A stretch of DNA of 64,000 nucleotides, taken from Lama guanicoe. Its lineage: Eukaryota. This document shows positions 47,970 through 59,813 of the stretch, in pieces. Numbering within the stretch: the first letter of the stretch is position 1; every line of letters begins with the position of its first letter. The position numbers and the translations under genes are program-made. Under the pieces are notes generated by a model. That model was not told the DNA's origin and did not search any database. It was given only the letters and a program-made list of their open reading frames with translations. The stretch is from assembly GCA_013239625.1 (NCBI GenBank), contig MU053994.1:4197434-4261433 (forward strand), in the 5' to 3' direction.

Positions 47970-49856
47970 CATTTAATCTTTCCTGACCCAATAAACAGGC
48001 ACTATAGGTATGAAAATTAGGAGAGTTTGACTATATGACTATAAAATTGCTTTTATTTTGATATTTGTAATTGGAATGGTAATTCTAGTTTGGTCTTCTC
48101 TTAGCCTTACCATTTTCTTTCATTTCTTTTATTTATTTTTTTAACTACCTGGAAAGTTTACTACTTGGAAAGTTTATCCAATTCAGTTACACAATTTTTG
48201 AGATGTGTCAGGAATACTTGGAGGATAAAGATTCAGGAAAGTCTTTCAAAGGGGTCAGAGTAAAAAAAAAGTTTTATAACTCAGAGAAAACCCTGATATT
48301 TATCAATACTAAATAATCAACTCCCAATAACGGAAAACCTGAAAAACAAGAAAATTCATTTGAAGGACCAGTGCATGTGGAAAAAAAGAAGAAAGAACAA
48401 CATGGATTCAAGAAAAGGAAATTAATATTAAACAAAAAGTAAAATAAAAGTGTCTAGTCAACAGGGTCCTGGAGCTTTATTACTAAGTCTGCTTCATAGG
48501 CCACCAGCCTAAATTGAAATGAACTCAACTTCCTGAAAGTCAATATTGACAGAATAAGAGAAAAGATTGCATTTACTTGCCTCATGAGTGCAATGCAAGA
48601 CCTTTTTATAATCACACAAGTCAGAAAGATATTGCTTCTTAGTCTTCCATTGTCCTTTTTTAAAATTAAACCAGAAATACAGAGATGCCAATAAAAGCTA
48701 AAATTGAGACTCCTTCATGGAATTGTATTTTTCTAAATGCTAAACTTTCAGAAGATGAAATGACAAGAAATCTCTAGGACATTGACTATGCTAAGACAGA
48801 AAGATCATCTGAGAACATAGTTTTCTTATTATTTGGTAGAACTCCAGGGTGAGGTACACATAATACATAGAACACATTCTCGCCTATGAAAGCCAGATGA
48901 AACCATGTTAAAATATTCACTAGGCTTTTTATTTAAAAAGAGAGCAAAAGTGGTATCTAATATTATCTTATGTAACCAGATTGTAGCAGTGAAAATTCCA
49001 ATATCGATGAGCATTGTGCTATATTAAAATAAGCTGAAAAAAAGACCAAATTGTCATCATTTTTCATTCTGTTAGTGTGTATTTTTCAGTGCCTTCACTG
49101 AATATCAGAAACCTCTGCATACAGCAATATCCGGTGGAAAATATGACTCTCCATTTAGAATTTAAAATAATCTTGACGCCAAAAGTGTCGATCATTCTCT
49201 ACAAAATCTCCAGAGTGTTTACAATAGCTTTTTAGCTGCTCCTCCCCCACCCCCACATAGTCCAGCTTTGAAAAACAAGTGTAAATTAAAATGAGAATGT
49301 AGGTATAGGAGCTGGCTTTGCGTTATCAGAGTCAATTTGTCAAGCCTGGTACAGCATTGCCGTTCCACGGGGAGCTGTACTCCTGTAACGTTAAGGCCCT
49401 GGGAGAAGTTCAGGGCTTCTTTCATCAAGTCCTCCGTTTCCCGCCTCCCACCTCCCTGCAGCTTCTGACGTTTGAAGTCCTGGGAAAACTGTCTGAGGAT
49501 GGAGGCCGGTAGGAGTTGCTGATGGAGCTTTACGTTTAGCATCGTCTTGCCTGGCATTTTTTCAGCATTTCGTGAAAAATAAATGGGTCAGTTAGCTACA
49601 TTGCTGTGAGTATTATGAATCCAAATGATCTTCTTTGTAAAAATCAAAACACTAACTGATATTTTCAGGCTGCAATACATACTCATATTAAGATAATTTA
49701 TCTTGGAATAACCCTTCCACAGGATTTTAGTGAGTGCTGGTGGCAGATACTCGGGGCATATCCTTCTCACAGAAAGTTTCCAATCTCAAGGGAGTAGCTC
49801 GACAAATTTACAGTGAGCTAAACGAGTGCAGAGGAATAGAATTGTTAGAACATAAT

Positions 49857-50050
49857 TAGCCAAACTTTGGTGTGAATCAGAATCACTTGTAAGGCTTGTT
49901 AAAACATAGATTACGAGGTCCACCCCACTAGTTCTGATTTAATAGCCCTAGGGTGGAGACTGGGAATTTGCATTTCTAAGAAGTTCCAAGTTAATGTTGA
50001 TTCTGCTGGTCTGACAACCACACGGATTACAGATTCTGAGAATTTGCTAT
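49857..50050. mobile_element. MER5A-like MITE
   Basis: caaactttggtgtgaatcagaatcacttgtaaggcttgttaaaacataga...gaatttgcatttctaagaagttccaag. Confidence 0.8.
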
Positions 50051-50606
50051 AATTAGTGATGATGATTTGATCAAAACCCCCCACATTTACAGGGGACCAA
50101 TGAGTGACAAAACCAGTATGAGTCACACAGGACAAAAATGAATAGAACTTTCGCCAAGCTCTTTCCTGTGAACATCTTGAACTTGGGTAAGTTAAATGAG
50201 TTTAGGTAGTATCATCCTCATTTTACTGACGAACAAAGACAGGCTAAGATAGGCTAAGTGACAGAGAAGTCTCTGAGATTGCACAGCTGATGATACAGTG
50301 CAGACCTACTGTTCCAACCTAACCCGTTTGGTATTAGTAAAGTTTTCACACGTATCTGTGCAGTAGTGTCGTGATGAGAATGTTGGTAATAATACAGGGA
50401 GAGTCCTGGAGGACATCTGGCTTCCAGTGAAATTTAAAGGATAGTAGTTTGTAATGATAGAAAGCACAATGTGAATGCATTGGGCTGCCATGGGCAAAGA
50501 CGCAGTGGCAAGGGCGTAATATCTATATATAAGAGAGGGCAAGCAGGGATCTCTGACTATGGATGTAGTAGGAGATGGAGGGGTCAGGTCAAAAGTAGCT
50601 AAGGAG

Positions 50607-50697
50607 CAGGGTGGGCAGAGGGTACAGCTCAGTGTTAGAGTGCATGCTTAGCATGCATGAGATCCTGGGTTCTGTCCCCAGTACCTCCATCAGGAAA
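50607..50697 (+). mobile_element. vic-1-like SINE, short form
   Basis: Perfect 16-bp TSD aaaagtagctaaggag at 50591-50606 and 50698-50713. Confidence 0.92.
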
Positions 50698-51624
50698 AAA
50701 AGTAGCTAAGGAGGGGCCCAAAATTAGAGACCTAATTGTGTACGTGCAAGTTATCTGGATGCAAATAAAGAGACCCTCTCACAGGTGAATCAGAGAGGAG
50801 GTGGCCAAGGAGCAAATGTGGCAGCTCCTTTAGAGGCTAAAGCCTTAGTCTTGGGACCCAAGGACAAGGTTTCACTGCAGAAGCACAGAAAGATCATTTT
50901 CATAGTCCTGAGAGAGTCATTGAAAAAGAAGAGCTTTACATTTATTGACAGTTCCATTAAGAACCTTGCACTAGTAATGCCACAACTCTAAAAGTTGCAG
51001 GTGTGAATGGGAAAACCCCCTAAATTGCTGCAGGAGCTGGGGTATCACACAAGAAGCATCGAAAGCTTTCTTTGCGTTCTATACAACTGAAGAATCTGTA
51101 CTTAGATTGAGGCCAATCTGGAAATTACTGTTGCTGATAAAACCAGAGATATTTACACTCCTGCCCCCACCCCATTACTCTCCTGAAGCAGCGAGATATG
51201 CTTAGGAAAGGGGCCAAAGGGGGAAATGCTATGAAAATACATAGCTAAACCATTCTCAGGATAGTGAGTAAATAACAGAAAGTGGAAAGAGTTATCAGAA
51301 TATTCTTTAGAACTGATTGCCTCCGGTTTCTGACAACTTACTGTAATGAGTGATGCAGGTCTGATACAAGGAAACCTACATTACAGCTAAGGGACCAATG
51401 TGGGATAAAACCAGAATGAGTCTTGCAGGAAAGATTAAGTAGCATTTGCACAGTGATAGGAAAAGGTAACTCAGGGCCAGATCAGAAGATTCCACTGAGA
51501 CAGGGCACAGCCATTCAAAGAATGACACAGAAGTTAGCATGAAGATGGCAAAAGATTCAACCCCAAGTAGGCATAGAGGCTCAAGATTGTGGGAGATTTG
51601 ACTTCTAGTAGACCTTGAGCTTCA

Positions 51625-52131
51625 TCATATGCTCATTGTAATATTAACATGGTAAATGACACTCCCACAGGCGCCATGACAGTTCCAAGGCTGACCATAA
51701 AAGATCAAAGAGTGGGTGGTGGCCCAATTCCTGGGGATCCCAGCCCCTTCTCCAGGGTAGTTGGAATGGTCCTCGCACTTGTTGGCGTGTGAAGCTACTG
51801 AGCTCATAAAAATTGGCAATACCGCACCTCATGGCCACCTCTCTTGTTCCCTCCTCTTCAGAGATGTCCCGCACTCCGTCTATGGAGTGTGTACCTACTT
51901 TTACTTTAACCTGAGAACCCAACCTCCACACCTTGTGGGCTTTCTCTTGCCTTACACTCTATGCAGTATGTAGCTCTTTAAATAAATCTACCTTTACTCA
52001 ATTGTGGCTTGCTCTTGAATTCTTTCCTGCACGAAGCCAAGGACCCACACTTGGCAGGGCATGTCCCAGGGACTCAACTGAGACCTGGGACATGGCCCTC
52101 CTCTTGCCCCACATTTGTTCTTCCTGTATCA
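51625..52131 (+). mobile_element. ERV1-type LTR, 5' end not evident
   Basis: cccacaggcgccatgacagttcc...tctatggagtgtgt...aataaatcta...ctcttgaattctttcctgcacgaagccaaggaccc...cctgtatca. Confidence 0.8.
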
Positions 52132-53402
52132 CCACCAGGGATTTTACTACTGTCTACATGGAAGGAATGATCTTGCCCTAACTCCACAACATGTAAACAA
52201 CTTCTGGCTGAAAAAATGCAGTCACATTTGATGGTCAATTCTTCTGGGATGATGCTTACTTGCTTAAGTTTAGACGTCATATCTATCAACAGATGGAACC
52301 ACCAACCTACCACATCTACTTCCCTCCTTATCATCCGCCTATGACTTTTATGATTGAAGTAGGCATTTGGTAAAAGCCACTTTGAAGATTTTTCGGCTAA
52401 AATTCCTGCATGCATATTCTGCGCTATGATTCTTGATTCTCAATCACCTATTATTAATATATATGGGAGGGAAGACCCTAAATTAATTTTTAGAAAATCC
52501 AGAGACTTCTCTGCGTGTAGTTTTTGACTACTTGTAGAAGCAACTGAGCACTTTCATTTGGGTGCACAATTTTCACATTTTAATTTTTTTAACCTTAAGA
52601 TGTTCATTTTACCAGCAACATAGAATATATGTACTTCAGATACATTCAAGGAGTGTAACTTTGAATTCAATCTTAACCAATATGACACAAAAAAATCCTT
52701 ATTCTATGACTGGAGGACAGTCAAGAGACATGCAAACACCCATTTCTCTAAAGACCCCCCAAATTTAGCCTTTGATTACCCTAAACCTTCGGAGAGTCTC
52801 GCACACCTGGACAATGTTGTTTTTGCCCGTTCCCACTCTCCCCTGCCAAATCCTGTTTTTGTTGACCTACACTCTGACTTTATGTCATTGATCTACACTG
52901 AGGGACATTACAAGAAAAAGTTCAGTAAAACTGGCTCTGTTGTATTTATTGTACAATGTTGCTCCAGATGTTTGGATATTTTTCATTGCTTTAAATATCT
53001 CTTCTTTCTATGACCCCATGGAAGAAATTCCTGTCTCACCTCTGCTGTACTACCTCTGAAGCCCTTTCTGTTTTGTTATTTTTCAGCCATATTGAATAAG
53101 TTTGTTTTCTGTTTGAGTTGATCTAAAAAGCTTAGAGCCAAATTCATGACTCCTGTCTTGTGAGTGCATAGGTCTTCACACTAAGCATTTTCTTTCCTAA
53201 CCTCACATCTCGCTTCAGCTTGCCATTATTATGTACAAGTTCCCCAACTTCCTCATTTTCTCACTTGCTTTATTTATATTTGTTTTATTTTTATTTTTTG
53301 CTGATATATATATATACTCTTTTTAATCTGCCTAATTATTTCTAAGTATGAGTTCAACACTGTTTTCTGCCTCTCTCCCTGCAACTAAATTCATCCCCGA
53401 AA

Positions 53403-53623
53403 TTTGCAGATACTAACTACTATATATAAAATAAACAACACGTTTCTGCAGTACAGCACAGGGAACTCTATTCAATATCTTGTAGTAACCTATAATGAAA
53501 AAGAATATGAAAAGGAATATATATATGCATATGTATGACTGAAACATTATGCTGTACACTGGAAATTGACACATTATAGACTGACTATACTTCAATTTAA
53601 AAAATAGTTTTTTTAAAAAAAAA
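53403..53623 (+). mobile_element. L1 3' end
   Basis: ttgcagatactaactactatatataaaataaacaac...gcacagggaactctattcaatatcttgtagtaacc...ctatacttcaat plus A tail. Confidence 0.9.
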
Positions 53624-53677
53624 GAATGAAGAGTGCTGGAATGAATCAGGGCAGGAGACCCCACTGTGATTTTGGAC

Positions 53678-56295
53678 TTATACTGTATGTACTGAAGTTT
53701 TTTTGGTCTGGCTTCTTTTACTTAGCATAGTTATACTAGTTATACTGAGATTCGTCCATGATATTGTATGCATCAATAATTCATTTCTTTTTATTACCAA
53801 ATGATAGTCCATTGTATGAAAACACCCCAATTTATTTATCCATTCACCTGATAATGGACATTTGAGTTGTTTCCAGTTTGGGGCTATTACAAATAATGTT
53901 TTTATGAACATTTGTGTACAAGTCTTTGTGTGAATATATGCCCTCACTTCTCTTGGGTAATTACTAATATAGCCACTCCAGCTTTCTTTTGAGTAGTGTT
54001 AGCATTGTATATCTTTTCCCATCATTTTACTTTTAACCTGTTTGTGCCTTTATATTTCAGTATGTTTTTTTGTAGGCAGCATACAGTTGGATCTTGCTTT
54101 TTATCAAATCTGACAGTCTCTGCCTTTTAATGGGGTGTTTAGACTGTTTACACTTAACGTGATTGTTAATGTGTTCAGATTGACATTTACCATCTTGCTG
54201 TTTGTTTTCTATTTGTCTCAACTATTTTTTGCTCCCCTTTTTTCTGCTTTCTTTTGGATTTATTATTCTTTATAATTCAATTTCAGTCCCTTTCTTGGCT
54301 TATTGGCTATGACTCTTTGCCTTGCTCTTTTTGTAGTTACTTTAGGGTATACAATATACATTTTAAACTGGTCACAGTCTACCTTCCTTTGATACTACAT
54401 CACTTCACATGAAGTATAAGAACATTGAACAATATATTCCCATTTCTCCCTTTCCTGGTTTCCTACTTTTACATGTGTTATAAACCCCATGCTGCATTAT
54501 TTTTACCTTTGTTTAAGCAGTCAATTATCTTTCAAAGAGATTGAAATAACGGAAGTATCATATATATTTACACAAGTAGGTACCCTTCTGGTGTGCCTCA
54601 TTCCTTCAGTAGATCCAGATTTTCATTTGTATGATTTTCTTTCTGCCTGATCAACTTTCTTTAACGTTTCTTGTAATATGCGTCTTGCAGTGGTTAATTC
54701 TTTCAGCATTTTTATGTCTGAAAATGTCTTTATTTTAACTTAATTGTTGAATGCTCTTTTTGTTGAGTAGAGAATTCTAGGTTGACAGTTTACTTCTTTC
54801 AGTAGTTTGAAGGTGTTGATCTGCTGTCCTTTTGCATTATTTCTGATAAGAAAGTTGCTGTCATCCAACATACCTTTTTTCTCTGACTGCTTTTAAGGTT
54901 TTCTCTTTAGGACTGGTTTTGAGAATTTGATCGCAGCGTGCCTTTGTTTGCTTTTCTTTATGTTTTTTTGTGCTTCACGTCCATTGATCTTCTTGGCTTT
55001 CTAGGATTTTAGTTTTTGCCAAGTTAAAATTTGGGGCCATTATTTCTTCAAATAGTTTTTCTATTCCTCTCTCTCTTTCCTCTCCTGTAGGTACACCAGT
55101 GACATGTGCATCAGGTGTGTGAGGTTGTCCTACAGCTCTCTGGTGATCTGTTCATTTTTTAAAACTTTTTCTTTTTTGTGTTTTAGTATCTACATTACAG
55201 ATAGTTCTTAATACTATGTCTTGAAGGTCATTAATAATTTATTCTGCAACATTGAAACTGCCTTTCATCCCATCCAGTGTATTTTTCATATCACATATTG
55301 TTGTTTTTATCTTTATAATTTTGAGTTAGGTCTTTTTAAAATATATCTTTAATGTTTCTCCTTAACATGTTCATCCTTTCCTCTAAATCTTTGAACATCT
55401 GGAATAGAGTTATATTAGCAGCTATTAATGGCATTGTCTGCCAGTCCTGTGTCTGTTTTTGTTGATTTATTATTCTGCTCATTATGAGTTCTATTTGCCG
55501 GCCTGCAAATCTTTAATAGAATGTCAGACGTTGTGAATTTTACCTTGCTGGATGCTGGATATTTTTGTATTTCTATAAATATTCTTGCTCTTTTAGTGAG
55601 ATGAAGTCAAGGTGCTCAGAAACTTAACTTGGAAGTTAAGTTCCTTTGGTCCTTTGGGGTCTTGCTTTTAAGACCTGTCTGTGAGGAATGGAGCAGCATT
55701 TAGTCTAGGACTAATCATTCTCCACTACTGAGGCAAATTTCTTCTCCTGAGTCTACCCAATACTCCATGAATTATGAAGATTACCAGCCTGGCTGGTAAG
55801 AACAGGCACTGTTAACAGCCCTGTGTTATTACCAAGTACTGTTCCCGCTAATCCTTTGGGATGGTTTTTTCCCGGGCCTTGGGTAGGTCCCTTCCATGCA
55901 CGTGCTGATGGGTGCTCTGCTGAAAACTCGAGAGGGACCTTCTATAAATCTGCAGAATTTTCTCTCTCTCTGTGGCTCTCTTCCCTCCAGTGCTATGTTT
56001 TCTTAACTCTAGATATTCTGTTCTCCCAGGTTTCTTAGCAATATATCCTAAGCTTGGGAAGTTTGATTCATTCCACCTGGATTTCCCCACAATACACCAT
56101 GGCCTGGAAACTCTCCCAAAGTAGTCAGCTGGGGCAATAGGAGGCTCCCATTTCTCAGGGATCATATCCTTCATAGCCTAATGTCCAATGACTTAAAAAG
56201 CACTGTTTCTTTCACACACTTTGTCTAGTATTTTATTTGCTTCAGATGAGAAGGTCAATCCAGTTTCTGTTACTGCATCTTGGTTAGAAGAAGTT
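53678..56295 (-). mobile_element. Old L1: ORF2 C-terminus joined to ORF1 and 5' region (internally deleted or composite)
   Basis: ORF 53678-53947 (-) YIHTKTCTQMFIKTLFVIAPNWKQLKCPLSGEWINKL matches the L1 ORF2 C-terminal domain; ORF1-type tagagaattctaggttgacagttt downstream. Confidence 0.88.
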
Positions 56296-58261
56296 CCTGG
56301 TCAGCCTTTCTTTGGCTTTAGGTTTTAGGTCTCTTTTGAATGGACTCTCTGAGGAGTCTTCTCTCTCAGGTGCACGGACGCACAGTACAGGATGGCTCTG
56401 CTGTTGTCGTTGGAGGGAACCGGTATTTCTCTTTATATCCTTTGCCTGGGATTAACGCTTCCTTAAATTTACTTACGATCAACTGGCAAGATGCCGAGGT
56501 TCAAGATGAGCAAATGAGCTAACTGGGAGCAAGGGGCCCTGGAGGCCACCCAGCCTCGTCTAAAATGTGGCCCTCATACAGCATACCAAAGGCAATCTGT
56601 GTTTCAGTCTAGCTCAGGAGGGGATCAAGGTCTCCACACTGATCTGCCTCTCATGACGCTAACAGTTGGCTGAGAATTTAGATATTCAGAATTCTATACA
56701 TATATCTTTTCATCTCCTGTGACTAATACAGTAAATCTATTTTGGAAAAAAGTGGAAAGAATCTGCACTTAAATGCCAGAATCATAATTCTAATTATTTA
56801 TATTTGTTGTATATGATTATGTTAAAGTGAACTGTATGTATTTTTTTCTCCCCTTGGTGTACATTCAGGTTTTCTCAATTAATCTTGATTATTTTTAAAG
56901 ATTTAACTGAAGATACCCTCAATATCTGCTTATATGTACGTACTTGAACTTGGTGGGTCCAGATGATAATAATTATAGTTCAAATGAACAGAATGTGCAG
57001 ACAAGGTGAGCTGCCCGTTTACAAGTGATTGGAGCCAGAAAACATTCCTTTCCTGCACATGTTGTAATTTACACTAGTGAATCTGAGTGTGCAGATACTT
57101 ACTGGCCAAGGAAATCGAGCCCCCCAAATTTAACAAATATCAAAATTTTATACTTAAAATTCTAGTCTTGCTCATGGGAGCAATTAGCCTTTACCCAGAC
57201 AGAGATTATCAAGCAATTTTTGTTCATATACTTACTTTTATCATTTATGGCAAGAACGTTTTACTTTATTAGAAAATATCCTAGTGGGAAAAAGGTTAAC
57301 GTTTTTATGAGGCTATGACTTTAGGGTCAAATGACTGATAATATTCAGTCTTGCTTTCAAAAATAGGTAATAACTAAAAATCAGTAATGAGAAAAGTATT
57401 CCTTCAAAAACAGGCTGGCAATGCATTTTCAAATTCTTGGGGTGAATCATTGGAAGCCAGTGATCGAATATGCTTCTTCCCCCTTCCTCTTTCCTTGGCA
57501 ACAGAGAAATATCAAGTCATTGGTCTACAAACACTCTATTAAGAGGAATTATGATCCAGTTGGGAAATCTTACCAGAATTTTTTGTATTTGAGCCCAGTC
57601 AGCCATAAAAAGATAAGAGTTTTAAGAGATCATGGGCCAAATTTACAACTCCTTATTTGGTAACATTCCTGGCAAAGAGTAAATGTTTCACTTATTAAAC
57701 AGATATTCTGTGAGCACCTACCAATGATCATGTACCATGAGACTGAAGGAGAAATGGCAAAGGCGAATGAGGTGAGCTTTGCCTCCAGGTGCACTCAAGT
57801 TGAAGGTCATCACAGCCATACACTTGACACATTCCGTACACCTCATGTCTCTCCTTTGCTGCTTGTTTGGTAAAGGGCATTGATGGGAAGGAGAAAACTA
57901 AAGCTTTTATAATTATAACTGTTTGATTGAGATGGATTTGTCTACCTTTTGTACTTTATCACATTTGTTCTTCTATACTAATTAACAGTCTCTGCAGAGA
58001 TAGGATTTGTGTCAAAGATGTGTCCCCTTTTATTCCTTCCCCACTGGAACCATACATGGGTGACTCCACAAACAATACCAAGCAACTATTTAATAGGTTT
58101 CAATGGCTCGAGTTCCTAGAATTCTCCATTATGTCAGGTAACATAGGTATCTCTGCTATTTTTGAGAGACTTTCTATGATTCTTATCTGGTTTAGAATTG
58201 TATATTCTTGGAGCAGATCAAAAGACCTGCTGCACTTGTATGATGTGCTTAAGACTGAGTT

Positions 58262-58780
58262 CTAAAACTGTGTACATTCATACAATGGAATACTAGTCAT
58301 TAGTAAAAACTGATACATACAACACAACTAAATCTCAAATGTATTGGGGGGAGGGTATAGCTCAAGCGGTAGAACACATGCCTAGCATACATAAGGTCCT
58401 GGGTTCAATCCCCAGTACCTTCTCCAAAAATAAATAAGTAAACCTAATTACCTCCCCCCCAAAAATAAATTTTAAAAAATCTCAAATGTATTATTTCAAG
58501 TGAAAAAAGTCAGACTTAAAAGGTTACATACTGTATGATTCAATGTATATAGCATTCAGAAAAAGGCAAAACCATGGGGGCAGAAAACAGATCAGCAGTT
58601 GCCAGCGGCTAAGAGTGGGAGAAGGGTATTGACTACAAAGTGGCAGAAGACAATCTGGGGGAGTGATGGAGATGGTCTATATTTTAATATAATAATGGTT
58701 ACTGTATGCACTTGTCAAGACATACAGAACTGTACACTAAAAGGGCGAATTTTATTCTCGGTAAGTTACACCTCAGTAAA
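58262..58780 (+). mobile_element. Old L1 3' end interrupted by a SINE
   Basis: aaactgtgtacattcatacaatggaatact...tgaaaaaagtcagac...catactgtatgattc...gaactgtacactaaaaggg. Confidence 0.85.
58346..58476 (+). mobile_element. vic-1-like SINE, long form
   Basis: Perfect 16-bp TSD aaatctcaaatgtatt at 58330-58345 and 58477-58492. Confidence 0.93.
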
Positions 58781-59014
58781 CCTGGGTTGGGGGAGACTGA
58801 GTTCCAGAGCCTGGCCAGTGTCCTTTAAGACCTATCACCATGAGTCTGTGTGTGCTGAGGAAATGCTTAGAGCTGTGAACTCATACAGGGACAATACTTG
58901 GGGTAATATGTATTTGTCCTGGAGGCAGGGGTATGGGATACATTGCAGCTCTGATTTGAATTCTGGATGGAAACAATTCTAGTGTTCTAACTAAAATTCT
59001 CTAATTATCGGCAA

Positions 59015-59520
59015 AGCAGTGACATGGAGTGATAAAGGGCCTGACTTCTGGAACCAGACTACCTGGGTATGAATCCCACCCTCATCAGTCACTAACTGTG
59101 TCACCTTTGGCAATTTAGGTAAATTAGAAAACTGTATGTTAGTTTGTACCCGGCTGTATTAGCCAGCCAGTAAAAGGATACAGAATTGTGTGTGTGTGTG
59201 TGTGTGTGTTCTAATTAAGGCAGTAAAGGAAAGCTATAATGCTTGAGGTTAAGAGATAAAAATGATGGTAGTGATGATAAAGCTGACTATGGACTGGGTA
59301 CTCTTTTAAGCATTTTACATGTATGAATTATTTAACTCTCACAACTACCCTGTGATAGATACTATTACCATCTCTGTCCTACAGATGAGGAAACTGAGGT
59401 GTGGCCTAGACAGGTAAATGGCCAAAGTTCACGCACTTAGTGACTGGCAAGGCTGGGATTCAAACCCAAGCAGTCTGGTTCCAGAAGCCAGGCTCATATC
59501 CATGTCACTCCCCTGCCTTT
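59015..59520. mobile_element. Two MIR fragments (+ at about 59015-59125, - at about 59278-59520) with (TG)n at 59187-59208
   Basis: ggaaccagactacctgggtatgaatccc; acagatgaggaaactgagg...ggctgggattcaaacccaagcagtctgg. Confidence 0.85.
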
Positions 59521-59717
59521 CTAAGAAATAGAGAATATTAGTTACAGCATTAGGGGAGAATTGTTCCTATCTAGAATTCAAGTCAAGTTTAATTTCCAGA
59601 ATCCCTTGTAACAAATGAAGGGCAATGTTCTCTCTACTCAAATCTGAAGGGGGAAATCGGTCAGTGTTCATAAAATTGCTCATTCCCAGCCATGTTATAG
59701 CAAATGACACAGAACTT

Positions 59718-59813
59718 GGGGGAAGGTAGAGCTCAGTGGTAGGGCACATGCTTTGCATGACCGAGGTCCTGTGTTCAACCACCAGTATCTCTGTTAAAAA
59801 AAAAAAAAAGGGA
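59718..59813 (+). mobile_element. vic-1-like SINE, short form, diverged
   Basis: agagctcagtggtag...gaggtcctgtgttcaacc plus A tail; imperfect TSD caaaNNacaYagaactt at 59701-59717 and 59814-59830. Confidence 0.88.
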
